46,957 nt of DNA, taken from a virus. The notes below the pieces were generated by a model. The model did no database searches. It saw only the letters and a list, made by a program, of their open reading frames with translations, and was not told the origin of the DNA. This document shows positions 6,785 through 15,006 of this stretch, one piece after another (the stretch's first letter is position 1; the number at the start of each line of letters is the position of its first letter). The position numbers were made by a program, and so were the translations under genes. The DNA is taken from positions 1 through 46,957 of the IMG/VR virus record IMGVR_UViG_3300010376_000015. The stretch is one strand, 5' to 3'.

Positions 6785-8185
6785 TTATTCCCCGTTAGCC
6801 TTTACGACGATGGAAATCGGTCGTCCACCATCCTTCCGTTGGCGTGTGCTAAGTTCGAGATACGGTGACTTCTCGACTTTCCTTCGGATCACCATATCAG
6901 AGGTTTTCAAGTGTTTTGCAAGTGCTTTTACAGAGGTTCCCAAGTGCTTCAAGCACAGTCGATCGAAGGATGTACGCGGGGGTCGCTTTGGCTTTTTCTC
7001 TACAACCTGCACATCGTATCTTTCATTTCCCCCGAGATACTCCACATCGAAGTCGGGCATCGGCTCGAAGTTGCGGAACTCACGCTGCACCCGCGTAACC
7101 GACGGCTCAGGCTTGTCGAGGTAGAGAGCCGACTCGCACCATCCATGAAATGCTTGTGTGCCCAGCATCCGTTGTCCACCTTGTTTCTCCTGGTTCTTGG
7201 AGTAATGATGGACGATGATGATCCCAACCCCTGTGGCCTCCTTCAGCTTGAGGAGATTTTGTAGGATAGGTCTCACCTCATGGGCATGGTTTTCGTTTGC
7301 CTGTCCCAGCATCAACTGCAAAGGATCGAGAATCAGGAGAATGATTTCCAATTCTACAACCACGTTGGTCATCTTTTCCATTTCCTCAACCGAGGTCAAG
7401 TCAAAGCTTTTACGATTGCGTAGATACAGAGGGACAGAATTAGGAAATACAACAGAAATCCCACTGCGACCAACCTTCTCACTCTCTCCTCCCAACCCTT
7501 TAGCAACTGCCATGTAACGCAGTCGCTTTTTCTGCTCCGCGTCGCTGATCTCCTCCTGAATCAGCAAGACGGGCCCGCGTTGCTTCACGGGGAAATGACC
7601 CAGCACCCCTGTACCTGTGGCCACGGACAGTCCGATGTCATCCGCTAGGTATGACTTGCGGGTCTTTGGCTCACCTGCGATAATCCCATGTGATTGCGCT
7701 GTCCACAATCCCTCGATCATCCATGCGGGATCCCTCGACTCCTGAGCCATGTAGCGATCAAACGGGATGGACCACGGTTCGCTGTGGGCAGTTGATCGTT
7801 TCCGTGCCCGACGACCAGCTCCATTACTTTGAGGATCAGAATCCTGAAGGCGCGCTGCGCCCTTCTTCACATCCGCCCACAGACGAGAACGATCTTCACC
7901 GAACTTGTTCCACACTGTGGACTCAACTAAGATCACGACCTCGCCAGGTTTTAGACCTGCTTCGAGGAGATCGATGATGATTTTCCACAGCACCTTCGAT
8001 CTGTCGCCGTGCGCCTTCCTTGCTCCAAGCTTTGACCGAAGGGCTGGAGAGATGAGATTCTTATAGTTCGTGAAGATTTCCTTCGCGGACGCAGTCGCCA
8101 TGTTCCCAGGCTCTGACTCGCCCATGATAGGGATCTGCACATCACTGAGTATTTCTTCGAGCTTGTCCGCATCTATGATCGCCAC
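6785..8185 (-). CDS. RepA/DnaB-like (AAA_25-type) replicative helicase with C-terminal wHTH-like tail
   Basis: 466 aa with a GTG start (GAGG SD). It has the P-loop variant 'AGEPKTRKS', the Walker B-like 'ILLILDP' and 'IIIVHHYSK'. It is coupled to the upstream primase gene by a 13-nt overlap. Confidence 0.7.
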   Translation of the reverse strand: MAIIDADKLEEILSDVQIPIMGESEPGNMATASAKEIFTNYKNLISPALRSKLGARKAHGDRSKVLWKIIIDLLEAGLKPGEVVILVESTVWNKFGEDRSRLWADVKKGAARLQDSDPQSNGAGRRARKRSTAHSEPWSIPFDRYMAQESRDPAWMIEGLWTAQSHGIIAGEPKTRKSYLADDIGLSVATGTGVLGHFPVKQRGPVLLIQEEISDAEQKKRLRYMAVAKGLGGESEKVGRSGISVVFPNSVPLYLRNRKSFDLTSVEEMEKMTNVVVELEIILLILDPLQLMLGQANENHAHEVRPILQNLLKLKEATGVGIIIVHHYSKNQEKQGGQRMLGTQAFHGWCESALYLDKPEPSVTRVQREFRNFEPMPDFDVEYLGGNERYDVQVVEKKPKRPPRTSFDRLCLKHLGTSVKALAKHLKTSDMVIRRKVEKSPYLELSTRQRKDGGRPISIVVKANGE

Positions 8186-8682
8186 AGTAGTTTCACCTCA
8201 GGCTCCTCAGCGTACTTGTGATTGATAGTTCCCGGTACCCTTAGTACCTGTGTCCGATCCCAACCTCCCTTGTCTGCCCCGATGAGATAGGTCAGTTTCT
8301 GATTGACTGTGCTATGCAGCTCTGGATCCAAGAAGCGATCTAACTCCCACAAAGCTTGATATCTGCCCGGCGACGATTCCCAAGCTATAGACGGCCTCAG
8401 AATGCTGCCGTATTTGGGACCAACCTCAGCAGGATCAACTTTGTCCAGGTCGGCATACAACCACTTGGACGGTAGCATCAGATCCTTGCTACGTCTTGGC
8501 CGACTGAAGATATTGGGACAGAAGTACACATCTCCCAGCTTCGCGTCGGGAATAACAATCTCGTCTCTGCCGAACTTATAGCACAGATCGTGCCACCCAG
8601 TATCATCCTTGAACGAGAGAAATACGAATCCATCCTGCTCCTGCGTCTCCCACACACGAGAGAGCAGGCGGCGTGACTTCAC
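8173..8682 (-). CDS. Primase-polymerase (prim-pol / RepB-type primase) domain protein
   Basis: 169 aa with a GTG start 7 nt after AAGGAGG. Motifs are 'YFCPNIF', 'LYADLD', 'SSPGRYQALWEL' and 'LRVPGTINHK'. Confidence 0.65.
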   Translation of the reverse strand: MKSRRLLSRVWETQEQDGFVFLSFKDDTGWHDLCYKFGRDEIVIPDAKLGDVYFCPNIFSRPRRSKDLMLPSKWLYADLDKVDPAEVGPKYGSILRPSIAWESSPGRYQALWELDRFLDPELHSTVNQKLTYLIGADKGGWDRTQVLRVPGTINHKYAEEPEVKLLWRS

Positions 8683-8830
8683 ATCGACACCTCCTTACCC
8701 TAACGGGACGGCCTTTGCGCGTGATTCACATATCATACGACCCGGGGACGGGGAGCACAGTGTGCCCTGGCATTTTTTCATAGGCTGTGAAAATGGAGAT
8801 AATGGGAAGATATTGACAGGGGCACGATCC

Positions 8831-9103
8831 ATGCGCGATCATATACACACGCACACGCACGCGAAAAGGAGATCCCAAATCCGTACTATCGAGAAGGAAC
8901 GACGGAGACTCGAACGTTGGCGTATGATCGAGCTCATGTACGAAGACGGCTATTCGTACAGGGAGATCGCTGAGCTCGTGGGATACGCTGAGAACTCGGT
9001 CGCAAACACCATCTATGTAATGCGTAAGGCAGGATGGGAACTGCCGTACAGATACAAGCGCACAGAAACACTGGCAAACGAGCTACTGAAGGAGGCACCG
9101 TGA
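8831..9103 (+). CDS. Sigma region-4 / LuxR-type HTH protein (90 aa)
   Basis: 'RRLERWRMIELMYEDGYSYREIAELVGYAENSVANTIYVMRKAG' is a typical region-4-like HTH. Start at ATG 8831 is tentative. Confidence 0.5.
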   Translation: MRDHIHTHTHAKRRSQIRTIEKERRRLERWRMIELMYEDGYSYREIAELVGYAENSVANTIYVMRKAGWELPYRYKRTETLANELLKEAP

Positions 9104-9363
9104 GGTCTCTCTACGATGCGCGGATAATGGTGTCCGACCGCATGAAAGCCACCACCATCCCGAATGGAGGATTCGCAGACGAGGCAACCACTCGTCTCTT
9201 GCTCTCGGGCATCTCGGATCTCGAGGAGTTCAATGAGTTCGCCGCTGAGCTGTGGTTCAACGTCCTAAATCACCTGGATGACGAGGGCGTAGTAGAGGAT
9301 GCTGCCCCTGTCTTCATGGGCATGATTCTCTCTGCGTTTCTCGTAGGACACTACACCGCATGA
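9100..9363 (+). CDS. Hypothetical protein (87 aa)
   Basis: GTG start 4 nt after GGAGG, overlapping the upstream stop as GTGA. Confidence 0.55.
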   Translation: MRSLYDARIMVSDRMKATTIPNGGFADEATTRLLLSGISDLEEFNEFAAELWFNVLNHLDDEGVVEDAAPVFMGMILSAFLVGHYTA

Positions 9364-9875
9364 CCCTATCCCAAAACTCCCTGAACAATCAAGCACACTG
9401 GAGTGTGTACTGGTTCGGTAAAGGGAGGTGGAAACGCAAACGGTTCCGTACGGAATATGACTCCGCGCTCAAATGGTACATCGAGAATCTACACCGCACG
9501 GGCATTACGCTCCACTCGGACAATGTGGCCTTTCCCGCACCCAGACGACTCACGCACTACGAGGAAACTCAATGGCGTGTGGTCACAAAGAAGGGCAAGA
9601 AGTACAAGAAACGCTACACCGTCGTGACTAACCGCATGAGAGAGCTCAACGCGCGAGGAATCTGGTGGTGCCCATACTGCATCAAGCTCAGACGTTTCAG
9701 GGAAATACGGACGGACCGGGGGGTTGAGACATATTGTCCTGTCTGCACCGTGAGCAACTATCTCATGGCGGTAAGACAGCACAATCCAAAGGCAGTAATC
9801 ATAGAACACCACAAACCCCAAAGGAGTCCACGTGGCAGAAGACGACGCAGACGCAAGGTTCGAGAATCTGCCTGA
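9360..9875 (+). CDS. Zinc-ribbon protein (171 aa)
   Basis: ATGA overlap with the upstream gene. 'CPYC...CPVC' pairs and an Arg-rich tail. Confidence 0.6.
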   Translation: MTLSQNSLNNQAHWSVYWFGKGRWKRKRFRTEYDSALKWYIENLHRTGITLHSDNVAFPAPRRLTHYEETQWRVVTKKGKKYKKRYTVVTNRMRELNARGIWWCPYCIKLRRFREIRTDRGVETYCPVCTVSNYLMAVRQHNPKAVIIEHHKPQRSPRGRRRRRRKVRESA

Positions 9876-10182
9876 GAACATGCGGGCACTTCTCGACGTG
9901 GTGGGAATAGCACACGTCACGGTCGAGGATCAGGACGAGCAGCGCATCTACACGTTGCTCAAGGAAGGACGTTGTATGCTGTGTGCTAACCCTGTCGAGG
10001 AGGACGCCGTGTTTCTCGTCGCCCGACACGGCATCGTGGGGATCTTCTGTGCGGGCAAGTGTGCTACCGACATGGCAGTGCTAGGATTCCTGCAGGAAGC
10101 ACACGACGAAATTACTTCCGCCGTGAAATTCCGAGGGTCGTTAGATGCTGACCGTCCGGAGGGTGAAGTCTCGGATGAGTAG
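9832..10182 (+). CDS. Hypothetical acidic Cys-containing protein (116 aa)
   Basis: GTG start 5 nt after AAGGAG. It overlaps the upstream gene by 44 nt. Confidence 0.5.
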   Translation: MAEDDADARFENLPENMRALLDVVGIAHVTVEDQDEQRIYTLLKEGRCMLCANPVEEDAVFLVARHGIVGIFCAGKCATDMAVLGFLQEAHDEITSAVKFRGSLDADRPEGEVSDE

Positions 10183-11512
10183 CTATGCGTTCAAGACGAA
10201 GCCGTACGCGCATCAAAGACGCGCGCTCCAGAAGCTCCTCCCGCGACGACGCGGAGGAGGCCTTTACATGGAGATGGGCACAGGCAAGACGAAGGTCGCT
10301 ATTGACTACGCTGCTGTGCGCCACCAGAAAGGCGAAATCTCTCAGGTACTGGTTCTCGGACCGCTATCTACACTAGGCGTGTGGGATTCCGAGGTTCGCA
10401 AGCATTGCCCCACCGATGAGCTCAAGTGGAAGGTCATCAACTACGACAAGGCACGCATGCCATTCTACTTGCAGCAATGCATGGACTACATACGTCTTGG
10501 GGGACCTACGTTACTCGTCTGTGATGAGGCACACAAGTTGAAGAATCCACAGAGCAAGCAAAGCAAGGCAGCATACGTCCTGTCCAAGAGATGTGTGGCT
10601 TGTCTCGTTCTCACTGGGACGCCGATTACCAAGCACGCACTCGATCTGTTTGGAGAGCTACGCTGCGTCGATGAGGGTATCCTCGGCACGTCGTGGGGCG
10701 TCTTCAAGCGGCAGTATGCTGTGTGGGGCGGATACGGCGGCTATCAGCTTATCAAGTACATGAATCTCAAACAGCTCAGAAAACGTGTAGAGCCACACAT
10801 ATTCCAAATCAAGAAGGAGCAATGCCTTGATCTCCCGAAGCGAACTCATGAGATTGTACCTGTCAGTCTGCGCGAGAGTCGTCATCGATATGAGTCGATG
10901 GCTCGTAATTCAATTGTGGAATTCGAGAATGGGAAAGTCAGTGATGCACCCATCGTACTCACTCGGTTACTTCGCCTCAGCCAAGCAACTGGAGGTTACC
11001 TCAGGACAGACGACGGTCGTTACCAGAATGTGGGTACAGAGAAGCGACGAGCCTTTGAGGATCTAGTCACTGAGATGTGGGAGCAGGAGGTAAAGAAGAT
11101 CGTAGTCTTTTGCCGGTTCCTCAACGAGATACGAGATGCCTCGCACGTAGCGAAAGACATCGGCTACAAAGTCCTGCCTTTCTACGGTGCCGTCAAACCT
11201 CGTGTCCGTGAGCAGCGACTGATCGAGTTCGATGAGACTGAGAAGCCTGCTGCGTTCATCGCCCAAGTCAGCGCCGGATCGCTTGGTATCTCATTGACTG
11301 CTGCTAGCGTCGCCGTGTTCTATTCCCACACGTTCAACTATGCAGAGTTCGCTCAAGCCTGTGATAGACTACACAGAATCGGGCAACGACACGCGGTGAC
11401 TTACTACCATCTCATTGCTCGGGACACAGTTGATGAGCTCGTGTGGCTTTCGTTGAAAACCAAGCGGAATGTCGCTGAGCTTGTCATGCAGAGACCGGAG
11501 CTGTTGGTATGA
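10175..11512 (+). CDS. SNF2-family DEAD/DEAH-box helicase
   Basis: Motifs 'MEMGTGKTKVAI' (motif I) and 'LLVCDEAHKLKN' (DEAH), plus a helicase-C region ending '...CDRLHRIGQ'. Start placed at ATG 10175. Confidence 0.8.
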   Translation: MSSYAFKTKPYAHQRRALQKLLPRRRGGGLYMEMGTGKTKVAIDYAAVRHQKGEISQVLVLGPLSTLGVWDSEVRKHCPTDELKWKVINYDKARMPFYLQQCMDYIRLGGPTLLVCDEAHKLKNPQSKQSKAAYVLSKRCVACLVLTGTPITKHALDLFGELRCVDEGILGTSWGVFKRQYAVWGGYGGYQLIKYMNLKQLRKRVEPHIFQIKKEQCLDLPKRTHEIVPVSLRESRHRYESMARNSIVEFENGKVSDAPIVLTRLLRLSQATGGYLRTDDGRYQNVGTEKRRAFEDLVTEMWEQEVKKIVVFCRFLNEIRDASHVAKDIGYKVLPFYGAVKPRVREQRLIEFDETEKPAAFIAQVSAGSLGISLTAASVAVFYSHTFNYAEFAQACDRLHRIGQRHAVTYYHLIARDTVDELVWLSLKTKRNVAELVMQRPELLV

Positions 11513-11683
11513 GGCTTCGGGACACACGCGCGCATCTGCGATGTGCGGAAACGAAGAAGGAGACCATGAACAATTCCACGCATACTAGCAGCAGTAGCAG
11601 CGGGGGTTGCAGCGGCCACACCTCTCCATTTCAAGCATCATCCAGAGTGCCACACTCTGCGGTGTGCTCGCCACGCCGACAGA

Positions 11684-11962
11684 ATGTGGAACGAACGACA
11701 TAGACCACAATCCACGACCACAGCCTCATGGTTCGACGACTCCGAAAGCCTCGCCTGTCCGCGCGTAAGCGGATATGGTGTGGCTAACAAGTATGTGCCG
11801 TGCGGGACGCCCATAGAAATATGTCTCGAAGGGAGGTGTATAACAGCCACAGTCGAGGACCGAGGTCCTTATGTGGTTGGTAGAGAATTAGATCTAGATC
11901 CTCAGTCACGGGACGCACTGGGCTGTCCAGGCCTTTGCCATGTGAGTTACGCGGTGAAGTAA
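11684..11962 (+). CDS. RlpA-like double-psi beta-barrel (DPBB) domain protein; the ORF is probably 5'-truncated by a frame break
   Basis: 'ASWF...VANKYVPCGTPIEIC...ITATVEDRGPYVVGRELDLDPQSRDALG' matches the RlpA/DPBB pattern. The same frame is open back to 11570 and encodes a signal-peptide-like 'RILAAVAAGVAAATPL' with no canonical start. Confidence 0.6.
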   Translation: MWNERHRPQSTTTASWFDDSESLACPRVSGYGVANKYVPCGTPIEICLEGRCITATVEDRGPYVVGRELDLDPQSRDALGCPGLCHVSYAVK

Positions 11963-11998
11963 CCCAGGATCTCCATATCGTCCCGTGCGTTTGTGACG

Positions 11999-12004
11999 TA
12001 TAAT
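11999..12004 (+). promoter_or_regulatory. Consensus -10 box TATAAT upstream of the nucleotide-metabolism cassette
   Basis: Perfect TATAAT 27 nt upstream of ATG 12032, followed by an AAGGAGG SD. No clear -35 box. Confidence 0.4.
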
Positions 12005-12031
12005 GTACGTATACACTAAAAGGAGGATCAC

Positions 12032-12310
12032 ATGGCGTCCCCTGGTGACGCACGGGGCGATGTGGGAACACACGACGACGACGCGCAACACATAAACCCA
12101 TTGACCGGGGCTCCCATCGAGGATGAGGTCACGATGCACGAGCTCAGGGATGGAATCGACGTAGCGCCCCCACAACACGAGGAGCAGGAAAGTGATAGTG
12201 ATAGAGGGCTGCGATGGCAGCGGCAAAACAACCCTCGCCAACAAACTCAGCGAGGATCTATGTCTGAACATTGGGGTGAGGGGCACAAAGAATCGGGCAG
12301 AGTTGTATAA
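12032..12310 (+). CDS. Small acidic protein (92-aa ORF; the last ~40 aa overlap the kinase gene out of frame)
   Basis: Strong AAGGAGG SD. The first ~53 aa look like a plausible acidic protein. The remainder overlaps 12192..12728 by 119 nt. Confidence 0.45.
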   Translation: MASPGDARGDVGTHDDDAQHINPLTGAPIEDEVTMHELRDGIDVAPPQHEEQESDSDRGLRWQRQNNPRQQTQRGSMSEHWGEGHKESGRVV

Positions 12311-12728
12311 GGTCACCAAACCTGACGCATACCGAGCCCTCGAACGCGCAGTCGCAGGAGACGAGCCTCCACTGATCTGGGATCGGCTGGGCCCAATTAG
12401 CGACCCCATCTATTCCCGCGTACAGGGACGCACGGATGCATTCTCGCCTGCAGAGAAGAAGCATTTCTTCGCCGTCGTCCGCGCGTTAGGGATCCCAGTC
12501 ATAGTGTGCGATGTTCCACTGTATCTCGCCCAAGAAAATGCGAAGAAGGCAGATCAGATGGACGGGGTTCGTCAGCATCTGCCCTTCATCCATGGGCTCT
12601 ATAGAGACTTCATCAACCTTTCCCAGTCGTGGACTCTTCGCTACGACTACGGTGAGGATCGCTACAGCGATCTGCTGTCGGTACTGGAAATGTATACGAG
12701 GAAAAGGAAGGACAGAGAATGGCACTGA
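12192..12728 (+). CDS. Thymidylate/dNMP kinase-like P-loop kinase
   Basis: 178 aa beginning 'MIVIEGCDGSGKTT', a thymidylate-kinase-type P-loop. GTG start 7 nt after GAGGAG; this frame is closed upstream at 12162. Confidence 0.7.
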   Translation: MIVIEGCDGSGKTTLANKLSEDLCLNIGVRGTKNRAELYKVTKPDAYRALERAVAGDEPPLIWDRLGPISDPIYSRVQGRTDAFSPAEKKHFFAVVRALGIPVIVCDVPLYLAQENAKKADQMDGVRQHLPFIHGLYRDFINLSQSWTLRYDYGEDRYSDLLSVLEMYTRKRKDREWH

Positions 12729-13003
12729 TTGTGCTCGACGACTTCAGATGCGGAATGGGAGGGAACCCAGCTCAGACTTCGGCAGCCCTCAAGATCAGCG
12801 AGATTCCCGGTTTCAGCCACGAGGTCATGCTTGTGTTTGGACCCGAGCTGACTCAGGCCGTCTATGACCACTTCGGCGAGATACTGGGGAAAACAGAGCC
12901 GAAGATTGTTGTTCCCGAGTCCCCACAACAAGCTCAACAGGAGGCTGCACAGCATGATCGACTTCGCCGCACTACGAGACCTGCACATATGGAGGGTTCG
13001 TAA
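12719..13003 (+). CDS. Hypothetical protein (94 aa) inside the nucleotide cassette
   Basis: ORF overlapping the kinase end by 10 nt and the MazG start by 50 nt. No motif recognised. Confidence 0.45.
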   Translation: MALIVLDDFRCGMGGNPAQTSAALKISEIPGFSHEVMLVFGPELTQAVYDHFGEILGKTEPKIVVPESPQQAQQEAAQHDRLRRTTRPAHMEGS

Positions 13004-13262
13004 CTTCCCCGACGCCGACGCCGATCAACAACTGCTGGGTATGATCGAGGAGCTGGGTGAGTTAGCACACGCGAATCTGAAGCAGAAACAGGGCATCCGC
13101 GAGAAATCAGCTGCAGACGAACAGGACGCCATCGGAGATATGCTGATCTACTGTCAAGGATACTGTGCTTATCGCGGATGGAACATGGCACAGATCTTCG
13201 AGAGAACGGCAGAGCAGGTAATGCAGCGTGACTGGGTCAAGAACCCGAAGGATGGATCGTGA
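12954..13262 (+). CDS. mazG: MazG-like nucleoside triphosphate pyrophosphohydrolase
   Basis: 102 aa starting at ATG 12954, 9 nt after AGGAGG. 'MIEELGELAHA...EQDAIGDMLIY' is the MazG EExxE...D..D metal-binding pattern. Confidence 0.7.
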   Translation: MIDFAALRDLHIWRVRNFPDADADQQLLGMIEELGELAHANLKQKQGIREKSAADEQDAIGDMLIYCQGYCAYRGWNMAQIFERTAEQVMQRDWVKNPKDGS

Positions 13263-14098
13263 GAACCGCACATTACAAGGACCTGACTGAGCTCTGGCAC
13301 AGAGAGGCGGAGAACATGGTTATGTCCACGAACGAGGAGATAGACTTTGTCTCTGGACTTGATGTCATCCGATATGACAATCTGGTTGGGGCTGACTCGA
13401 TGGCATACAAGTTCGACTTGGGGCGGGATCTTTGGCTCAATCGAAGCAGATTCACCGTGCTCCAGCGTGAGTATCTTGACTTGTCCCAGCTTGAAAGCTT
13501 CCTGGATCGTGCTAAGGAAATTGGACTTGGTGGAGTCAAGCACGGAGTTGTTACAAGTATGCCTTTTCGTGCTCAGCAGCTAAGAGCGAAGAAGCACAGA
13601 TGGGGTGGCTGCATGTCCTCACTCAACTTCCGGGTCTCGAAGACAGGACAACCTGTGCTCATTCTTCAGTCCCGTGTCACCTACATCACCTACATGGGGG
13701 GAGCGGATCTTGCGCTGTGCCACGTTATCGCTCGAGAGATTGGGAAGAGGATTGGCGTTGGACCTGAGGATTTCGCATTCCGATGGAACTGTGCGTCATA
13801 TCAAGCTCACAGTTTCAAGGGTATCCCGTATCTCTTCCGGGCAGGACTTTGGCCTCTCATCGTGGACGAGGAGGCACAGATTGAGTATCCGAGCGACACG
13901 TATCCCGCCCTCCGTCTTATCCGCAAGTGGGCGCTCGGAATCGTCGAGAAGTATCAAAATGGGGTTCCGCTTGAGTCCGAGAAGTATGGTCCGTACAAAC
14001 GAGTCCGAAGACGCTACACGGAGTGGATGAAAGGGGAACCACTCCCGAAGTGTCCTGTGTCTACCCTCACGTTCCAGCCCCTCCGAGAACGAGGGTAA
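13259..14098 (+). CDS. Divergent thymidylate synthase / dNMP hydroxymethylase-fold protein 1
   Basis: 279 aa with a GTGA overlap to the upstream gene. 'WGGCMSSLNFRV' looks like the Cys strand, 'LILQSRVTYITYMGGADLALCHVIA' the RS.D region (degenerate), and 'FRWNCASYQAHSF' the strand equivalent to 'WNVGSLHVYSRHF' in T4 gp42 as I recall it. Confidence 0.45.
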   Translation: MRTAHYKDLTELWHREAENMVMSTNEEIDFVSGLDVIRYDNLVGADSMAYKFDLGRDLWLNRSRFTVLQREYLDLSQLESFLDRAKEIGLGGVKHGVVTSMPFRAQQLRAKKHRWGGCMSSLNFRVSKTGQPVLILQSRVTYITYMGGADLALCHVIAREIGKRIGVGPEDFAFRWNCASYQAHSFKGIPYLFRAGLWPLIVDEEAQIEYPSDTYPALRLIRKWALGIVEKYQNGVPLESEKYGPYKRVRRRYTEWMKGEPLPKCPVSTLTFQPLRERG

Positions 14099-14115
14099 AA
14101 AAACACCAAAGCTGT

Positions 14116-14144
14116 TTGACCCTCGGTCATCCAGGCACGACAAT
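14116..14144 (+). promoter_or_regulatory. Sigma-70/SigA-like promoter TTGACC-N17-GACAAT
   Basis: TTGACC at 14116-14121, a 17-nt spacer and GACAAT at 14139-14144, in the 75-bp gap after TS-like 1. It has the same boxes as the 1865 and 3843 sites. Confidence 0.5.
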
Positions 14145-14173
14145 ATACATACGACGCGAAAGGGGCGCTGGAA

Positions 14174-14341
14174 ATGCCAGACCCGAAGAACGCCGTGGTA
14201 GAACTCCATGTCAAGATCAACAACCAGCAAACGTCGCCAGGTGTGCTCAAGCAGAAGTTGGAATCTGCTGTAACGAGCATTCCCTTGGAACCGAATGAAA
14301 CCGTCGAAGTGCTGAACTACTTGGCGACAGAAGCTGCGTAG
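14174..14341 (+). CDS. Small hypothetical protein (55 aa)
   Basis: Read by hand. ATG after AAAGGGG. It fills the gap downstream of the predicted promoter. Confidence 0.45.
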   Translation: MPDPKNAVVELHVKINNQQTSPGVLKQKLESAVTSIPLEPNETVEVLNYLATEAA

Positions 14342-14351
14342 AAAGGCAATC

Positions 14352-14783
14352 ATGGTGAAGGCGAAGGAAACAGCAAAAACCAAAAAGAAGTTCGATCCCG
14401 AGGAGTACATGAGTACTGCTGTGCTCGAGCTCGACGAGAAGATCGAAGCGATTGACCGTCGACTCGCACCCTATCAGGATCTCATCAACACCAAGAACAA
14501 GTTGATGGCTGCTAGGCGCGCACTCCTCGGGAAGAACTCCGCAACTGGAGGAACAGGAACTCGGATTACGCTCGAGGAGGTTGTCGACTATCTCGACAAG
14601 AATCCAGGCACGACCGCGTCCCTGATCGCCGAGGAGTTCGGCGTGCAGCTTAGCACCATCACGTCGCACGTCTACAGGAATCCCGGTCGATTCGTCAAGA
14701 AGGACGGGCGTCTGTGGAAGCGTGATCCCGAGGCAGGAGTCAACGGTCCTGATGATGTAGAGGAGGAGGCAGATGACGAGTGA
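14352..14783 (+). CDS. Winged-helix DNA-binding protein (143 aa)
   Basis: Lys-rich N-terminus, a coiled-coil segment, the wHTH-like 'ITLEEVVDYLDKNPGTTASLIAEEFGVQLSTITSHVYRNPGRFVKKDGRLW' and an acidic tail. Confidence 0.5.
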   Translation: MVKAKETAKTKKKFDPEEYMSTAVLELDEKIEAIDRRLAPYQDLINTKNKLMAARRALLGKNSATGGTGTRITLEEVVDYLDKNPGTTASLIAEEFGVQLSTITSHVYRNPGRFVKKDGRLWKRDPEAGVNGPDDVEEEADDE

Positions 14784-15006
14784 CCCCGATGCTCTCGTAG
14801 TGACCTACGCTGACATCTACGGCGGATACCAGAATCACTATGCGCTCGTGGACAAGTACACCCGAGAGATCATCATGCAGGATCGCAGCAAGTCCGCCGT
14901 AATCGCGGAAGCGCAGCGCCGTAAGGGATGGAAGCCTATCGATGGGGATGAGCGAACGTATGGAAAGCAGACCGTCGAGCACTCCAGAATTAGGGAGGTC
15001 AGATGA
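14773..15006 (+). CDS. Hypothetical protein (77 aa)
   Basis: ATG after a GGAGGAGG SD. It overlaps both neighbours by a few nt. Confidence 0.55.
   Translation: MTSDPDALVVTYADIYGGYQNHYALVDKYTREIIMQDRSKSAVIAEAQRRKGWKPIDGDERTYGKQTVEHSRIREVR

Noticed and set aside
6132-7124. 330-aa plus-strand ORF, the longest ORF in the origin-like region
   Set aside because: Its 3' third is antisense to the well-supported helicase gene. The rest crosses hairpins, palindromes and iterons. Its composition is Ser/Arg/Cys-rich and it has no SD. It looks like a chance open frame.
8813-8842. TTGACA-N18-GATCAT promoter-like site upstream of the HTH gene
   Set aside because: The only start codon that preserves the full HTH domain (ATG 8831) lies inside its spacer, so the promoter and the gene model conflict. 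I left it uncalled.
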